The position numbers were made by a program, and so were the translations under genes. This document shows, piece after piece, positions 62,181 to 64,000 of a stretch of 64,000 nt of DNA. The DNA lies in the NCBI RefSeq assembly GCF_018977255.1, contig NW_024704742.1, positions 75,642,001-75,706,000 of the forward strand, given 5' to 3'. The notes beneath the pieces are model-generated. The model was given only the letters and a program-made list of their open reading frames with translations. It had not been told where the DNA came from and searched no databases. The stretch comes from Callorhinchus milii. Its lineage: Eukaryota. Each line of letters starts with the position of its first letter. The first letter of the stretch is position 1.

Positions 62181-62925
62181 CATGGTCAAAAAGTCTTGCA
62201 GCGTTAGATAGGAATTACTGTAGTATCTAGCAACTATATTTTCTTGGTGAAGAAGTTAGCAGCAGACTATGATCTAGAGGCATCATTGGCATCTTTGTGG
62301 GGTGCATTTCAGTCTATATAACCCTATATTGTGTGACTTCTGTGACATAAATCAGTTTTCTTGAACAGTATGCTTCTATGATAACATGATAACATAACAT
62401 CCCATGTGGTTGCCATGTGGTTAACACAATTTCACCATCCCCCCTAGACTAACCCTGGTTCTGCTTGTGCTAGTCTGCTGCTGGAACCTAAAAAAGATGG
62501 CAATACACTGGTTGCAAAATCCGAGTACTTTCCCATTTGTTCATTTTGAAACCTCCTCTATTACAACCGATCATACCCCATTTTTTAAAAAAAATACAAT
62601 TTTATTTTGGTTAACTGGGTGTCTGACACATGCAGAAACCCATCATTGTTCGAAATTGAGAGTGCCATGCAACCTGCCTAGACATAGAAATTCCAGAGAT
62701 ATTTATTGGAATGGAATGCGCACTCCATCCCAGAAACTCCTCACATCTTCCAGAATGTTGGAGTGTATTTCATGCTTGTTGTGATGCACATCTGGTTTCT
62801 GGCTAGATTCAGAATTATCATTTGTAAATATCTCATTGTAGCCCTCTTGTCTGCTGATATGTGTTAGATAAGCTGTACTGTCATTTTTTCTGAACCTAAA
62901 AATCAAAAAGCACCACATGAAAAAT

Positions 62926-63225
62926 AAGTCAGCCTGGCTTAACTGGTAGCACTCAACACCTCTGGGTCAGAAGGTTGTGGGTTCAAGCACCACGATAGGC
63001 ACTTTAAACTCATAATTTAGGCTGACACTCCAGTGTCGTGCTGGAGGCACCTTGGGACATCCTCCTGACGTGAAAGGTACTATACAAATGTAATTTGTTG
63101 TTGGAGGAGGAGGAGCGCCGCATTATCAGAAGCACTGACTTTTGGATGAGACATTAAAGCAAGAACCAATCGTCCTGCCCAGGTGGGTATTTGAAGATCC
63201 CATGGCACTGTTCAAAAAGAGAGAA
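62926..63225 (+). mobile_element. Deu-domain SINE 5' part interrupted by an about 55-bp L2 tail (63048-63102)
   Basis: GTCAGCCTGGCTTA...GTCAGAAGGTTGTGGGTTCAAG...GGCTGACACTCCAGTG | insert | ...GGATGAGACATTAAA...GATCCCATGGCAC. Confidence 0.75.
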
Positions 63226-64000
63226 AGTTAGCTTAAGATATTTTTATAACTGGAAAATATTTTTCTGACAAGCATTGTAATAATAAACCTTGCATTTGAT
63301 AAAGGCCTATCAGGTGGTCAAAGTTTCAAAGTGCTTCATAGGATGTAATGTAAAGTGTAGAGACTTTACCTGACCTCCTTCAACTACACCGATCAGGTAT
63401 TTTCTCTTTGCTCAGTGAACACCAGGCTGTTTTGTGTCCCTCAACCTATCTACCACACCATCAGCAGGCAAGCTTTCAGCCAATCTGACCCCACTCTCTC
63501 AAATTCCATCCTGGATTCGCTCTGATTCATTCTCTCTCCCCCTCATTCAAGGTTTGTCCCAAAACGTACATCCCGAAATTTTGCTACTGTGCTTTGAGTA
63601 ATCTCTTTCCCCTCCCAACTGTTCCAGACTCCCGCACCAGCTTAGGATGCGGGAGCCTGAATCTAGCCAAGAATCTAATCTATCCAGCTTTATCAAACAC
63701 TTTAGAGTCGTCTTCCTGACACGAAAGGGGCTATATAAATGTAAATTGTTTTAGGTTTATTTGTAGGTAAACTGGCTTATGACAAGGAGAAAGGTGTAGA
63801 GTTAATTGTAGTTTATGTTGCTGACTAGAACTTGATCAGGTCAGCCTACATGTGGAATGTATAACAAGAAGTATGTTAATTTTGATCTCTTTAGTGTTTG
63901 GATACATAACTCACCAAGTACAAGCATCTATAATGCATGCAATTGTGAAAAAGTATTATTTCCCTGTATTTTTCAAAGTGCTAAAGCAGAAGGATATGAC

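Noticed and set aside
62703..62896. Minus-strand candidate terminal exon (TTTTTAG acceptor, 64 codons)
   Set aside because: Its 3' half overlaps the unclassified ancient repeat and the peptide is unrecognisable; exonisation is not excluded but is unsupported.

Overview
This is vertebrate genomic DNA, not prokaryotic: I see no operons, CRISPR arrays, rRNA or true tRNA genes. The repeat content (an abundant tRNA-Ala-headed SINE with an L2-type tail, Deu-domain SINEs, CR1 and L2 LINEs, Penelope-type repeats) points to a cartilaginous fish, probably a holocephalan such as Callorhinchus. That assignment is from memory of these families, not from a search. The one solid host coding feature is the first coding exon (minus strand, 28512-28056) of a secreted IGFBP-domain + Kazal protein, most like IGFBPL1. 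I could not find its Ig-domain exons in 1-28 kb. A weak candidate first exon of a divergent plus-strand gene lies at 49834-49901. Most ORF-track entries are LINE/SINE fragments or low-complexity artefacts. The most interesting signals are: hammerhead-ribozyme-like cores in Penelope-type repeats; two non-autonomous Helitron-like elements; a near full-length L2 with no evident ORF1 and a TATA/GC/CRE promoter-like block at its 5' end; an internally deleted L2 that keeps both ends; three junctions that look like local templated copying; and an unclassified ancient repeat in four copies. I cannot support a claim of a wholly new biological system. Repeat boundaries were read by eye and are approximate.
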